Source: Glaucostegus cemiculus (Eukaryota). Taken from it: DNA of 64,000 nucleotides. Made by a program: the position numbers and the translations under genes. The notes below the pieces were generated by a model. It was not told the DNA's origin, ran no database searches, and saw nothing but the letters and a program-made list of their open reading frames with translations. Location of the stretch: assembly GCA_976551045.1 (NCBI GenBank), contig CDPCPM010000007.1:21576001-21640000 (forward strand), given 5' to 3'. Within the stretch, counting starts at the first letter, position 1, and every line of letters starts with the position of its first letter. Shown here in pieces: positions 1 to 14,376 of the stretch.

Positions 1-1071
1 TGAAAAGGGAATAGAATCCTAAACAGTGCTTGTCAGTGACAGAAACTATCATTAAGGAAGTCACTCAGAAGCACTATTACAAAGCTTTCAAATATTCAAG
101 TATTGAAGAAAATAAGTTAAAATTCCTGAACTTCAGTTTGTAGCATTTGGGTGTTGAATAATTAGGATAACAGAAGACCATGACATAATCTTGACATATA
201 GGTTGTAGATACTTGGAACAGGGTGCTAGAGAAGCTGGGAAAACTAAGGACCTATTGGAATTGGCAAGCGACTTAACACGTGTGCTTAAAAGGTAATCTG
301 CCTCATTTTCATTTCCCTTCACTTAAAAGCAGTTATACGATGAATTTGACAGACTTGCAAAGGAAAACAGGCCCTACCAAGTCTCTCCAAAAAAAAAGTT
401 ATGATGTATACCATTAAACAGTAGTATACAATTCAGAAGATACTATTTTGGTACTCTGAAATTTAGCATTGCAGTCACTGTGGCGCAGATGAGATATTCA
501 AGCTTTGAATATGTGATAGAACTATTAAATTAATCCCTAATGTCAGAGAAAATGAGTAATTAAATTTAATTGGACTTCACAGCCTTGGAAGTGAGCAAGT
601 CAGTGGTAATCCTTTCGAAATGCAGAGTAGTGAATGGTTTAGAGATATGTTTCAAACTAAACAATAAATTTGAAGCTGTTGGACAGGGTATTAGAGTGGT
701 AATAAATTGGGTAATTCTATTTTTGATGTTTGAAAAATATATGTTTGCTGGAACATCTCCTGACCCCTCCCCAGTGTTGCTTCTAAAAGGGACCTTAAAT
801 AATGTAGAACATTTTTCAATAATTGCTCAGCAATTATCTTTGTAGATTCTTTTCTCAAGCTTTTCAGGATACTTGAACCCATAGCCTTTGTTTCTGAGTA
901 TTCTTGCAAATGAGTCAAGATGAACTACCAAAAAAGTTTTTATAAAAACTACCATTAGTGAGTTATGGATCTGATCTGAATTGATGAGCTAAACTAGATA
1001 ATTTAGTGTTTCAGATCCAGATCTATATTGTAAAAATAGAATATTTCTTGTATTAAGATGGTTATTTTTAA

Positions 1072-1191
<120 letters not shown>

Positions 1192-1899
1192 TAAGTATAG
1201 TGTGCTTTGAACTTGCTTTCAGTAGTTTTTTTTTTCCTTCAAGGCTTAACATTAAAATTCCTATCTCATTTTTTTTCTAAATCCTGAGAACTCGTACAGC
1301 ACCAATTTGCAGCAGATGACCTTTCTGCTTAATTTGATATTAATTCATATAAACATTGATTGCACTTAAAATACCTAAGGGGCATTACGTTGTGGCATTA
1401 AATTGGCCAATTTATTCATTAAGATCCATCAGATAGTTGTACTATGACTATATGAATTTTGTCTTGAGGTAAAGAATTAAACTACTATAAAGCCTCCAGA
1501 TGCACTAGACTAATAGTGAAGGCACTGAAATCATTCTGATACTGCCATAGCAACTTGGTAAAGTTTATTTAATAAATTTTAATTGATATTAGGAATAATT
1601 ATATCAACATTACAAAAGGACTTCAGGAGGGAAATTACCAGTCATATGTTACTAGGCCTTCACTTGACTTTAGTCCCATACTATGGTTGTTTTTGGATGT
1701 CACTTAATCCACTTAGTGGCCAGTATTATCCATATCCTACAATGAATATGAGAATAATGACTTCAAAAGCTTAAACACAGAACTGACTAGCAGTAGGTTA
1801 AATGTGTGAGATCAGTGTTCAGAACTGATGTTGGTAGAAGGCAGGTGGCCGATTGTCGGGTCTGATTTCTGCTTTATAATTCATAAAGGAATGTTAGGG

Positions 1900-3100
1900 C
1901 CACTTGGCTAAGTGGAATGTGCATTCTGTGCCACATGGGAAGTTGGGGATGCATTGCATAATGTGGACAATAATGTGTGCTGGAAGTATCTCCAGCATCA
2001 GCAGCTTGAACTTTGGATTTTGGAGCTGGAACAGTGGCTGGCATCACTGTGGCACATTTGCAAAACTGAAAACTTTGTGTTTAGTATTTTTAAAGGGGTG
2101 GTCACGCTGCAGCTCAAGTGTGCAGCCATATTGGGAATGGGTGCCTGCAAGGCAGACTTGGTGGAGCAAGTAGGTAGTAAAGAGCCTGCTGATCTCCCTC
2201 ACAAACACATTTTCCCTTTTTGTTGTGTGGAAGAGTAATCGTTCCTAATAAGAGTATGGTCAGAACCACAGGTAGCCAACTGCACAGGAAGGGAGGAAGA
2301 GTGAGAGAGCAATAGTGATTGATGATTCAGTCATAGTGGGACAGATGGGCATTTCTGTGGTCATAGATTATATGTTGCTTCCCTAGTGCCAGGCACAGAG
2401 ATGTGACTGAGTGGTTGCATTGCATCCTGAAGCAGGGAGGGTGAACTGCCAGAAGATATGGTCCATATCAGTACCAGTGACCAGAGTGGGAAGCTGGATA
2501 AGCATGGGGGGGGAAAATGGTTAGAACAGGATCTTGAAGGTCGTAATCCCTGGATTGCTTCCAGTTCCACTGGCTAGTGGGTACAAAAATAAAAAGATAG
2601 ATCAGGCAGAAGCTAGTGGTGGGAGGATGCTTTTCTGATTGGGATTGGTGGTGAGACTCTTGTTGTCCTTGAGATATATATGGACTTGGATTTTACTAGC
2701 AGAAAATAAAGAACCAAGTTAAATGGGTTATTTTCGGACTAGCAATCAGAAACTGGTGGGGATCAGTGGCGGAGCTTTGACTAATTATAATCCAAATTAA
2801 TAATTTGGATGATAGGATAGAATGTACTACAAAGATAGGTGGGTTAACAGATTGTGAAAAGATACAAAGAACCTGCAAAGACATAGAGATTGTTTAAGTG
2901 AGGGGGCAAAAAGTGTAACAGATGGAGTACAATGCAAGGTAATCCACTTTAAAAGTGAAAATGAAAAGCAGGTTGTTTAAGTAGTGAAACTTCAAAATCT
3001 TACTCTAGAAGGGCACCTGGGTATTTTAGTGCATGAAACAGTTAACATGCAAGTACAGCAAGTAATTAAGGTGGCTTGTACAAGGGGAATGGAGTATAAG
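1900..3100 (+). mobile_element. Degraded CR1 LINE: ORF1 remnant joined to an RT fragment
   Basis: ORF 1912..2238 (ECAFCATWE...CWKYLQHQQLELWILELEQWL) resembles the CR1 ORF1 Zn-finger/coiled coil. A decayed GDS-esterase-like stretch lies at about 2310-2650, and RT-like residues (LDD...KIGG) follow after about 2800. Boundaries are approximate. Confidence 0.6.
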
Positions 3101-4759
3101 GGCTCGAGCTGTGTTGACTGATAAATGGTTGTTCTGAAGGGAACTGCTAGATATTGGCCATTAGTGCCTCATTACATTTTGGACATTCACGGATATGACT
3201 GAAACACAATTGTTTGAGAGGAGCTAGATGTCAGATACCAATACGTTTGTCTGCTCCATTGCTGGACTTGCTATTCAGTCCAGTGGCTGTGCAGTGATGT
3301 GCTGAAAGAGAGGGTTCAGATATATATATCATCTGCCCCTTAGCATTATGCCAAGGAAGTCTGGTTAATGAATGGCAATAAATTTGATTTCCCAACCCTG
3401 CAGCAAAAGATGAATGCCTTGCTTATTTTAATTTCAAATTTTTACATTTTTTAATGATTTATTAATTTAAAAAATAACTAAAACCCCATTAACGGCTGGC
3501 CTCTTTGCTACTCAAAGTCTGCTTTACTCCACTAGTTCTGTCCTCTAGGTTAGCTTGTTCATGGTTCCAATTGTAGAAGAATTGAGGGTGCCTGGTGGCA
3601 TGATTGAGCAATGGGATGGTTCAGATGATGTGACCTATTAGCCTGCTCTTCAAATAAAGCTAGATCAAAATTCTATTCCTTTAGGCTGTAATTGTATTTG
3701 CAATGTATATAAAACTTCATTCCTTGTCTAATTGTTTTTTTTAATTGACTTGTGGTATTGTAAATTTTGGGCAATGCAATCAAATAACACTGACATTTAA
3801 ATTGTATCAATTGGAGGAAAAATACTTCTGTCATTATTGCAGTGGATTCTTAATTCTCATTGGGAATTACTTTTTCAAACTGAGAGTGACAACTATGTGA
3901 TGAAACTCTGACCGCCAAAGAAAGCTAAAGAATAATGGTTGCAACCTTCGTTTTTCTTTATATGTGGGGAAAAAGCTTCCAGCAAGTGTTGTATTCTTGA
4001 AACAATTTGGTATTATTTTCTTGAATTATATAATAGCATAAAGTAGAATTCAGCATGCTTCTCCTCAAAAGAATCTATGCCTGGAATGTAGCTGTATTTT
4101 TATGAATATAAATTAGTATAATACTGTCTAGTTAGAAAATTATCCCAAGTAACCAGGTGAATTGTTAGAGAAGTTTTACATTGATCAGTGTTTTATAAAT
4201 TAATCTACATTTTATTTTCTGCCTCTCAATTCATTAATTTGTGGTTACACAAAATTGAATTGGGATGTTGGAATTTCTTTATGCATCGTTAAATTAAATG
4301 AAGTTATAGTTTGAAGTGTTTTTATGCTGTCACTTCCCAAAGAGATGGTGATTAAAGAGTATTACAAAGAATATGGTGAAACTAGAAGAAGAATGGAGTT
4401 TAACTGATTGTCACACCAGGTTAAGTTACCTGTCGATACTACAAGTTGTAGGCATTCAGATTTCATGGAAAGCCAGAAAGTGGCTTTGATTGTTTTTTTT
4501 ATTTTGCATTCTTGTCTGTTTCTGTTTTTTGTTCTCCTGAATCAGACAGCCAACCCTGGTTCAATGAAGGGGAGAAAGAGCATGCCAGGCACAGCACCAG
4601 ATGTATCTAAAAGTGGGTTGCTAGTCTGGTAATGCTGCAACGCAAATATGCAAACAGTGGAAGAGCGTGCTGTACCAGGTTTTGACTGATCCTTCAACTG
4701 ATGGTTTGGATCCCATTTGTGAATTTTTGAGTGGTCAAAGAACTTGTAGGAGAAGAAAT

Positions 4760-5390
4760 TGCTGTGATCATGTCAAAGCTCAACAATGGTGCATCACAAC
4801 AGAAAATCTCAAATCCAAGTGAGGCATTTGCAGCTGTCTTCGTCCACAAGCATCACCAATGATTCATGTCCTGTCTTCTCTTAAGGTCCTTGCGATCACT
4901 GATGCAAGATTTCAGCCACTCAATTCACTTCATATCAGATCAAGATCATAGTATTGAAGTTACGAATGTAATGACAGCTTGGCTGCAGTACATAGTACTC
5001 GGATTGTAGAACAATCTGCTCCTGTAACTAAATTGTTTCAGTAGAAGCTAAAATGCTAGCATCTGGCTGACTGAGTAAAAATTGCACTGATGTGTCCCAT
5101 CAATGAAAAACAGGACAAATCCAATAACAACTCCATTAGCCTACACTCAAATAGTAATGAAGTTATGGAAGTTATTTACAGGGCTGTCTGTGCTGCTGAG
5201 TTTGCATTCTGCCTGAACCACCATGCTCCAGACCTTGATCCAAATATGAGCAAAAGACCTTAATTCCAAAAGTGAAGGGAATGTGATTGCATTCACATAA
5301 AAGCAATATTTGACACCATGTAGCATCAAAGAGCCTTAGTATTTGATGGAAACATTTCTGTTGACTTGAGTTGTACATACTTCCTTAATC
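4760..5390 (+). mobile_element. Highly degraded CR1/L2-group LINE RT fragment
   Basis: aaaaacaggacaaatccaat (KQDKSN) and ccattagcctacactc resemble the KxDKSNPxNYRPISL motif. Many lesions. Confidence 0.45.
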
Positions 5391-5499
5391 AGTATCCAGT
5401 AAAAGTCAAGAAGTGCAGGGATGATGGATAAATGGTATTTAGTATGCATTGGGATAGTAGAATTTTGGATGACCTCCATTTAATGATACCGAATAAGAG

Positions 5500-5800
5500 T
5501 GCCAACCTTGGAGTGAGCTGGAATTAACAAACCTAGAAGTAATAAATGCATAGATGAGGGTTTCAGCTGAAGATGTGTTAAGGAAGGGAAGGTGTGAGTG
5601 GGTGATGTTGCATAGATGCAAGTAGGTAGTCTTACTGATTGAATGGATATGAGGTCCAAAATTCAACCCCTGGTGGATCAGTCAGATCTGTTTCAGAGTT
5701 ACCAGGGGAAAGGTCACAGTTGGTGGTTAGTGAATGGAATTTATGATGGAGGCTAATTTCAAACCTTCCTAACATTGGAGAAAAATTTCACACCAGTTGA
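5500..5800 (-). mobile_element. L2 LINE fragment
   Basis: ORF 5439..5666 contains HIHSISKTTYLHLCNI...SAETLIYAFITSR, typical of the L2 ORF2 C-terminal region. Confidence 0.65.
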
Positions 5801-5821
5801 TTTTATCCATAAAAGAACACA

Positions 5822-6597
5822 GAATAAGATTGATTATCACTGACATATGACATGAAATTTGTTGTTTTGTGGCAGCAGTACAGTGCACAGACATAAAAAT
5901 CTATAAATTACAAAAATAGTGCAAACCAAAATGAATAAAGTAATGGTCATGGGTTCATTGGTCGTTCAGAAATCTGATGTCAGAGGGGGAAGAAGCTGTT
6001 CCTGAATTTTTGAGTATGGGTCTTCAGACTCCTGTACCACCTCCCTGATGGTAGTAACGAGAAGAGGGCACATCCCGAATGATGAAGGTCCTTAGTGGTG
6101 GATGCCGCCACCTTGAGGCACTGCCTCTTGAAGATGTTCTCGTTTGTGGGGACGACGGTGGAACTGGCTGAGTCTACAACCCACTGCAACCTCTTGTGAT
6201 CCTGTACATTGGAGGTTCCATACCAGGCTCTGATGCAACCAGTCAGAATGTTTTCCACCATTCAGCTATAGAAATTTGTAAGAGTCTTTTGTGACATACC
6301 AAATCTCCTCAAGCTCCTAACAAAGTAGAGCCGCTGGTGTGCCTTCATCATGATTGTATCAATGTGTTGGGCCCAGGATAGATTCTCTGAGATGTTGATG
6401 CCCAGGAACTTGAAGCTGCTCACACTTTCCACCACTGACCCCTCAGTGAGGACTGGTATGTGTTCTCCCAACTTCCTCTTCCTGAAGTCCACAGTCAATT
6501 CCTTTTGCCTTGCTAACATTCAGTGTGAGGTGGTTGTTGCGACACCACTCAACCAGCCAGTCTATTTCACTTCTGTAAGCCTCCTCATCACCATCGG
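5822..6597 (-). mobile_element. Rex1/Babar-type LINE 3' fragment
   Basis: ORFs 6262..6519 and 5980..6261 (KELTVDFRK...FKFLGINISENLSW...QRLYFVRSLRRF...LLPSGRWYRSLKTHTQKFRNSFFP). Confidence 0.85.
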
Positions 6598-6674
6598 AAT
6601 GAAGCTAATGTTGGAAAAGGATAGGAGAATCTAACTGGAATATCTTGAATGGATTTTTCATATACCAAAGATAA

Positions 6675-6888
6675 GCTCTTGAATTCCCAACCTGCCTCAT
6701 CATGGCTCTTGCATTTTATATCATTTACCTGCACTGCACTCTCTCTTTAGCTGCAACACCATATTCTGCATTCTTTTTTCTTTTTACTACCTCGATGTAC
6801 TTGTGTATGGTGTGATCTCCTTGAATGGCATGCAACCAAAAGCCTTTCACTTCATCTCAGTCCATAATCACAATAATAAACCAATACT
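6675..6888 (+). repeat. Rex1/Babar-type 3' UTR fragment
   Basis: Same tail (ttgcac...attctgcattct...tactacctc...aataataaaccaat) as the copies at 13850-14272, 20670-20960, 26455-26665 and 32290-32575. Confidence 0.7.
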
Positions 6889-7740
6889 AATATGGGGAAG
6901 TTTACTTTCCATTTTCTTATGTTTCTAGATGTTTTTTTGAGTCCCATAGATATCAAAACTAGAGGAAATAAAAGTGCAGACCTAGATATACATAAAAGGA
7001 ATAGGACCGAGCAGGCCTGTCAACAAATATTTCTAATTATATTTATCCACCATTTTCCCTTACCTTGAATACTGATAATTTGAGCATCAACCTCTGACTT
7101 TGAAAGTTAATTCAACAATTGCACAAGTGTGGAAAAAAAAATTCTTTCACTTTTATTTTGTATACACTTATTTGACCCATTGTTCTTTTAGTATGAACTA
7201 CTTTGACTGTCTGCCTTATCCCATCTTTTCATCATTTTAAACTTAACTATATAGTGCTTTGATAAGTTTTCTAATTAAAGTGAAAAGCAGCCTTTTCTTT
7301 GCTAAGTCTGAATTTGTGTTTGCTTCCATTTGTGCCTAATGAATCTGAAAGGATAATCTAATCAAAAATTAGGAAAGCAATTCCTAAAGTTGATTAATTT
7401 TTAATATTGTAATGTACTGAATATTGTGGTGCAGGATCTCATTAGCTTTTCAATTTCATATTTTCCAACAAATTTTAAAATTAATGCAAGTCTCCTTATT
7501 CTGATTTTTCTTCCCTCTGAGTGTTATCACAACTAAGGACAATCCTGCTCCTGTTATTTTAATTGCATTAAGTGTTAAAAGTTACAATTAATTTAATAAT
7601 TGCATTTTATTTTGTGCATTATAAAAGTATGATTTTGGTTTGCTATAGACCAACAATTCACCTGTAAAGCAGGAGGACTTGCATACAGTTTTCTGTTTGT
7701 AATCCAAATGGTTGTTTTATAAAATGCAAGAGTTATTTAA

Positions 7741-7947
<207 letters not shown>

Positions 7948-8507
7948 TAAAACAGTCAGTTATGTTTATTAAGTATTTGTTTTACTGGCTTTTCCTTTCG
8001 TCCTGTGATGTACTTCAAAATTCACTTAAATTGGTCAGTCTTTTGTTGGTGGGTCCTAAGTTCAATTGTAGCCCAGAATGATGGAATGTAGGTTGCTTCT
8101 GTAAGGGTCTAATTTGACATCAACTTTATCACGCCCATGCTAATTCCCACTGGAAATAGCAACAATGGAAATACTAATTTTTTTGGTACAATTGTTCCTC
8201 AACTTGAGTAGAAAATTGAAGATTTGAACTATTCATGCCCTGATTACAAACAGTATCTTCCTGCTATTACCTGCGGGGGTGGGGGGGGGAATAAAAACAA
8301 TCAAGTTTCTCTTTTCCTTGGCATTAAAAACTTGCTGAGTTTGAAGCTGTTTGCCTTGTATTTTTTGTAATTGCTATATCTGTATGTGGGTTAAATATTC
8401 TTTGCAAAGGCATTCTTCTCTGATTTTTTTTTTCCAATTTCTTTTGGTTGTTAGCTTGACTTAATTAATTGACTGGATATTTAATTTTGGATATCTTTTG
8501 CAGATAA

Positions 8508-9030
8508 TCATAGAACCATAGAACAATACAGCACAATACAGGCCCTTCAGCCCACAATGTTGTGCAGACCTTCAAACCATTCCTAAGACTATCTAACCCC
8601 TTCCTCCCACATATCCCTCTATTTTAAAATCCTCCATACGTTTATCTAACAATCTCTTGAACTTGCCCAACGTATCAGCCTCCACCACCACCCTCAGCAG
8701 CGCATTCTAAGCACCAACCACTCTCTGGGTGAAAAACCTCCCTCTGACATCTCCCTCAAACTTCCCACCCATTACCTTAAAGCCATGCCCTCTTGTCTTG
8801 AGCATTGGTGCCCTGGGAAAGAGGCACTGCTGTCCACTCTATCTATTCTTCTTAATATTTTATGTACCTCTATCATGTCTCCCCTCATCCTTCTCCTCTC
8901 CAATGAGTAAAGTCCTAGCTCCCTTAGTCTCTCCTCATAACCCATACTCTCTAATCCAGGCAGCATCCTGGTAAATCTCCTCTGCACCCTTTCAAGCGCC
9001 TCCATATCCTTCCTATAATGAGGCGACCAG
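8508..9030 (-). mobile_element. CR1 LINE 3' fragment
   Basis: ORF 8772..9050 (WSPHYRKDMEALERVQRRFTRMLPGL...LGLYSLERRRMRGD). The (catagaac)n tail is at 8509-8525. Confidence 0.9.
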
Positions 9031-9149
9031 ATTGTTACCAACATATTCAAAAATATATCAGATCACAAATCTGAATGTGGTACTCGTCTATAATTCAGAT
9101 TTTCATTTCAGTTCAACAGTCTTTGCAATTTAGTGATTTTTGTTTTCAT

Positions 9150-10780
9150 ATCTGGGGGGAGTTTGAGCATCAATTGCAAGGCCAGTATTTATTGGCCATT
9201 GCTAATTTCTCTTGGAGGTGGAGGCAAGCCACCACTTTAGACTACTGCATGTGCCCCCACAATGCTGTTCAATACAGTTCCAGAATTTAGTCACGGTGAC
9301 AATGAAGGAACCAGAGGTATGTTTCCAAATCAAGATGGTGTTTGATTTAGAAAAGAACTTGGTGGTGGTGGTATTCCTGTACATCTGTTGCCCTTCACCA
9401 CCACCTTGGTGAATAAAGCTTGCAGGTTTGGGAGGTGCTATTGGGGTAATCTAGACTAGACAAATAACTGCAGGGCATTTTGTCACTGGTACATTCTGCA
9501 GCTACTTTGTGCTTGTAGTAGAGGGAATGAATGTTTGGGATGCCAATTCTAATGGGCTGCTGTATTCTGGATAATGTCGAGCTTCTTGAGCGTCATTTGA
9601 GTTGCACTTATCTAGGCAATCAGAAGGTATTCCATGTACTTAATATGTGTCTTGTACATAGTGGAAACATTTTGGGGATTGGGACTTGAGTTACTCATTG
9701 CATAATAGCCAAACTCTGGTACACTCTTGTAGCCATGGTATTTATGCAGCTGGTCCAGTTGAATTTCTGGTCAGTGATGACACCAAGAATCTAATGGCAG
9801 TGGACTTGGTTATGGTAATTCAATTGAACGTCAAAGGGTGGTAATTAGACTTCCTTCTGTTGGAGATGGTCATTGTTTGGCATTTTGTGGCATAAATGTT
9901 CCTTGGCATTTCAATCCATGCGTGAATGTTAAGTACACCTTGCTGCTTACAGGTATGTGCTGCTTGCTGACATACGCTGCTTCATTGAAATTGAACCCTT
10001 GTGCAATCATCAGCAAATGTCAGCACTTCTAGTGTCGTGGAAGGAAGGGCACTGATGAGGCAGCTGAAGATGGTTGGGTCTAGGACACTGCCCTGAGGAA
10101 CTCCTGCAGCAGAGTTCTGGGACTACAATGATTGACTTATAATGACCACAACCAATGTCGTTTCTGCAAAGTGTGACTCCATTGGAATATTTCCCTTTTG
10201 TGGCTTGGTAATTTCAGTTTTATCAGAGCTCATGATAAGAACTGCTGACCTGGCCTCTGGTATTCAGTTCCTTGGTCCATGTTTAGACCATGACTGTGGA
10301 GCCAAGTGGTCCTGGAGAAATTCAAGCAGGGCATTGATCAAGATATTGGCAAGTAAATGTCATTTGATTGCACTGTTGATGAGACATTCCATCACTTTGA
10401 CTGAGAGCCAATTGGACTCTAATTAGTTTTATTATATTTGTTCTGTTCTTTGTGAACAGGATGTACCAAAGCAATTCTCCATTTTACTGGGTAACAGGCA
10501 GTGTTGTAAATGTACTAGCCTGGCTAGAGGCACAGTCAGTTCGGGAGTGCAAGTATTCTGTATTACAGCAAGAAGGTTGTATGGTCACTTAGCTGTAGCT
10601 GTCTCCAGTGCTCCTCTCTGGCATTTCTTGATATTGTGTATTGTGAAGGGAGTTGGGTGAAAGGGGACTTCTATGATGGTGGGGATCTTTGGAGGATGAT
10701 CAGCTCAGCACATCTGACTTAATGTGGTCACAAATGCTTGCGCCTTCTCTTGAGTACTCTCATGCTGAATATTGCTATTG
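9150..10780 (-). mobile_element. Old degraded CR1/L2-group LINE
   Basis: Reverse-complement similarity to the + strand copy at 24340-25265, and an RT-like motif (gggtctaggacactgccctgaggaactcc = [10 protein letters not shown] on the - strand). Confidence 0.6.
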
Positions 10781-12114
10781 TTGAGAATAAGGACTTACAA
10801 GAACATAACAGAAAGGAATAATCTTTCACCCCTTATTAACTTTACTAGAAGCAGATTGTACATTGTGTATCTGTAGGGATTAGTTGCTGTATACAAAGAG
10901 TACAGAGTTGAATAAAGCTTTCCATCATATTAAGACTTGTATTTCTTGATGCAGTTTATTATACATTTCTTGTGCTTTCTAATATTTCTAGGCATGTTTT
11001 TGCTAATGGTGGAATGGAATGATTGTAGAAATAAAATTCCACTTTTAACTGGCAAAGGTTCTTTTGAATGACCTCTTATAATCACATTTTACAAACCATA
11101 GGAGCTTATTCTGATGGTTATTAATATGTGACTTGATGCCAATTTCTGAAGTTCCCTGGAAAATGCAGTTTTCACATTTCATTGGTTGACAGAAGTATTT
11201 TGCATTGTACACATTGTGGGGGTGGGGGGAAGTATGAAAAGTGCATTGTAAAACATATTAAGCTGAAAATTCAAAATAGTGGGATCATATTTGAGGTATT
11301 AGGTTTGACACATTGAGCTCTCATCCATTAAGTCAACATTTAAATTTGATCAATCTAGGACAGAGGTGTCTCAACTAAATCCAAGGCTTTCATTTGAAAT
11401 GAATGTGTAGTCTTAATTCGTAATTGTATCTTGTCGACATGATTATGTTAAATTCTCAGTCTTGATTTAGGAATTATTAGTTTAGGAATTTCATCTGTGA
11501 AATATGAGCAACGTGTTGTTTGGTGAGGTATGGGAATTATGATGAAATAGCGGACTTTGCTTGTTAGACAGATTGTATTTGATCTCTTGTGTTTTACTCG
11601 GTTACAGTAGGAAATTGCTCTTAACTGATTATCTGAACAAACTTTAAAAATGAATCATGATGTAGTAATGAATTTTACGTAATTTATTTATCTCAAGTTT
11701 TTTCAACTCCTAAATTAAGCTAAATTGCTTAATTTAGAAAGTGTCCTAGCATTTTTTAAACTCCTCATCCATTTATTTTTCATGAACTGTTTATTATGCA
11801 ATGGTCAATAGCCCAATGGATGGTCCATTGAGTTTGATGTATAGACCTTAATGTACAGAAAAATAATTTGTTGTAGGAGTAGGCTTATGTATGCTCCAGG
11901 TTCCAAAATCCCCACTGTTTAAAATCTGATTGCCAGAATTCACAGCCAACTGAAAAAAAAAGCTAGAGATCCGTCATAGACACTATAACAGTAAAGTGCT
12001 AATGTTTTGAATCCAAAAAGACAATAGGATTAGGCCTCTACTTATGAACTACTGTAGAAAGTCTGTATGAAAATTATTTAACATTCCAAGGAGAATACTG
12101 CCTCATTTATCTAA

Positions 12115-12309
<195 letters not shown>

Positions 12310-13849
12310 TGAGCTTGGCCAATATGCATTGATTTAATACATGGGACATGAAGGGCCATGCCATTTGTGTGACTAAATAAACTTGATCACCTTGAATCAT
12401 CTTTAATCAAGTGTCGCCACGCTTCTCGCACCAACATAGTATGCCCACAACTTCTTAACCTGTATGTCTTTGGAATGTGGGAGGAAACCAGAGCACCAGG
12501 AGGAAACCTATTAGTGTTCTTTGCTCTTTATTGAATTCATTCATTTATTGATAGTTTTACTTTCTCTCTGGTGGCTTTGTATCATTTGTTTGCTTACATC
12601 CTTTTCTATTATGTCTATCTTAAGAGAAGTACTCTGGAATATTGAGTGCCTAACCTTATTGCCCTGCAGGCAGAGCTCCATTATAGCCATTAGAGGAAAC
12701 TGTTTATCTTAATTTGAATCATGTATTTACACGTTTAATTAAAATTTTCACACTTGTCCTGACACTAGCCTTGGTTACTAATGGCATATTACTTTGAACT
12801 CTGTAACTTGTAGATACAATCTGCTTGATTCTGCTCAACAGCACTACTATACAACCTTCAGTGTTTCACTGAGACAAATTTAACTCTCCTTATTTCTCTT
12901 CCTCTCCTTAATTCTCTTCCTCTCCTTTATTAAAGTCCTATCTTGGAAAATGATCGTTTGATTCTTTGGACACTGGTCTCAGCCAGATGTATCCATGCTT
13001 CACTTTAATCTCCATCCTTGTAATAAATGGAATTGGTTAAAAAGAATATATGTATATATCTCAATTAAAGGCAGAATTCCATATTTGTGAATCCAATTAT
13101 CCCTGAGGGTTGAACTCGCAGTACACCTTCAATGCTGATCTAATCTTCTGACTGCAATTCACTCAGTGTTTTCTTTCATTTCAACTACTTTGGCCATCCA
13201 CAACTATTCCTTGTTCTCTCTGCTGCTAAAATCCCCATCTGTTCCACTGTCACCCTAAATTCGATTGTTCCAAAATCAAATAGGAAAATGCTCAAAATAC
13301 TTAACAGGTCAGACAACATCTTTGGAGAGAGGAGCTGAGTTGATGCTTCTTTCTCATACTGCCTGATCTGCTGAGTATTTGTAGCACATGTTGTTTCAAA
13401 TTTCTAGCATTAGCAGTTCTTTTTCATTTTTGACTGCTCCAGAGTTATCTTGGCAATTTTGTAATTTCTATAAATTTCAGCTGGTGTTCTTTGTCATATT
13501 CTTCATACTCCTGCTTTTCCAATGCTCTTGTGTTTGCTAACCTATCCTGGCATATAGTCCCTTAATTTCTTATTTAATAATGTCATCTATTTATTTATAT
13601 CCTGCCATGGTTTCACACCTTCTGTTACCACCCTCTTAAACCCCCATCTTTCTTGCCTATCACTACAATTTCCTCACTCTGCATCTTGAGCAGCATCCTT
13701 CTCCATTATTCGTTGGTTTGCTTATTGTAATATCAATCCTTGTATCCCTCTGCCTATTCTTTCAAGATCTCTGAAAGCTACTGAACTAGTTTTCAGTTGC
13801 CTTTCCTCATATGTTCCCCTATATTCAACACATCACATAAACCAGCCTC

Positions 13850-14272
13850 CCTTACATAGTCTGTCTACACTTCTTGCTACCTTGGTAAAGCAGTCAATGT
13901 ATTCAAAGACCTCACCCACCTTGGACACTCTCTCTTCGCCCTCCTCCCATTGGGCAGTAGGTACAAAATCCTGAAAGCACGTACCAGGTTCAAGGACAGC
14001 TTCTATCCCGCTGTTATAAGACTATTGAACAGTCCTCTTGTACGATAAAATGGATTCTTGACGTCACAATCTACCTTATTATGGTCTTGCACCTTACTAT
14101 CTGTCTGCCTCTGTTGCATTTTTTTCTGTAACTATAACACTTCATTCTGCATTCTGTTATTGTTTTTCCCTTGTACTACCTCAATGTACTGATTTGATGA
14201 AATGATCTGTATGGATGGCATGAAAAGTTTTTCACTGTATCTCAGTACATATGACAATAATAAACCAATTTA
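13850..14272 (+). mobile_element. Rex1/Babar-type LINE 3' end
   Basis: KDLTHLGHSLFALLPLGSRYKILKARTRFKDSFYP-like coding remnant followed by the shared 3' UTR ending aataataaaccaat. Confidence 0.8.
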
Positions 14273-14376
14273 CCTCTGCTTTAGAATCCAGGTTTTGTCC
14301 TTTGTCCTATTTCAGAAACCATTGGAACATTTTTCAATGTTTTATGTTACTTTATTTGCATAGAGTTCTATAATTA

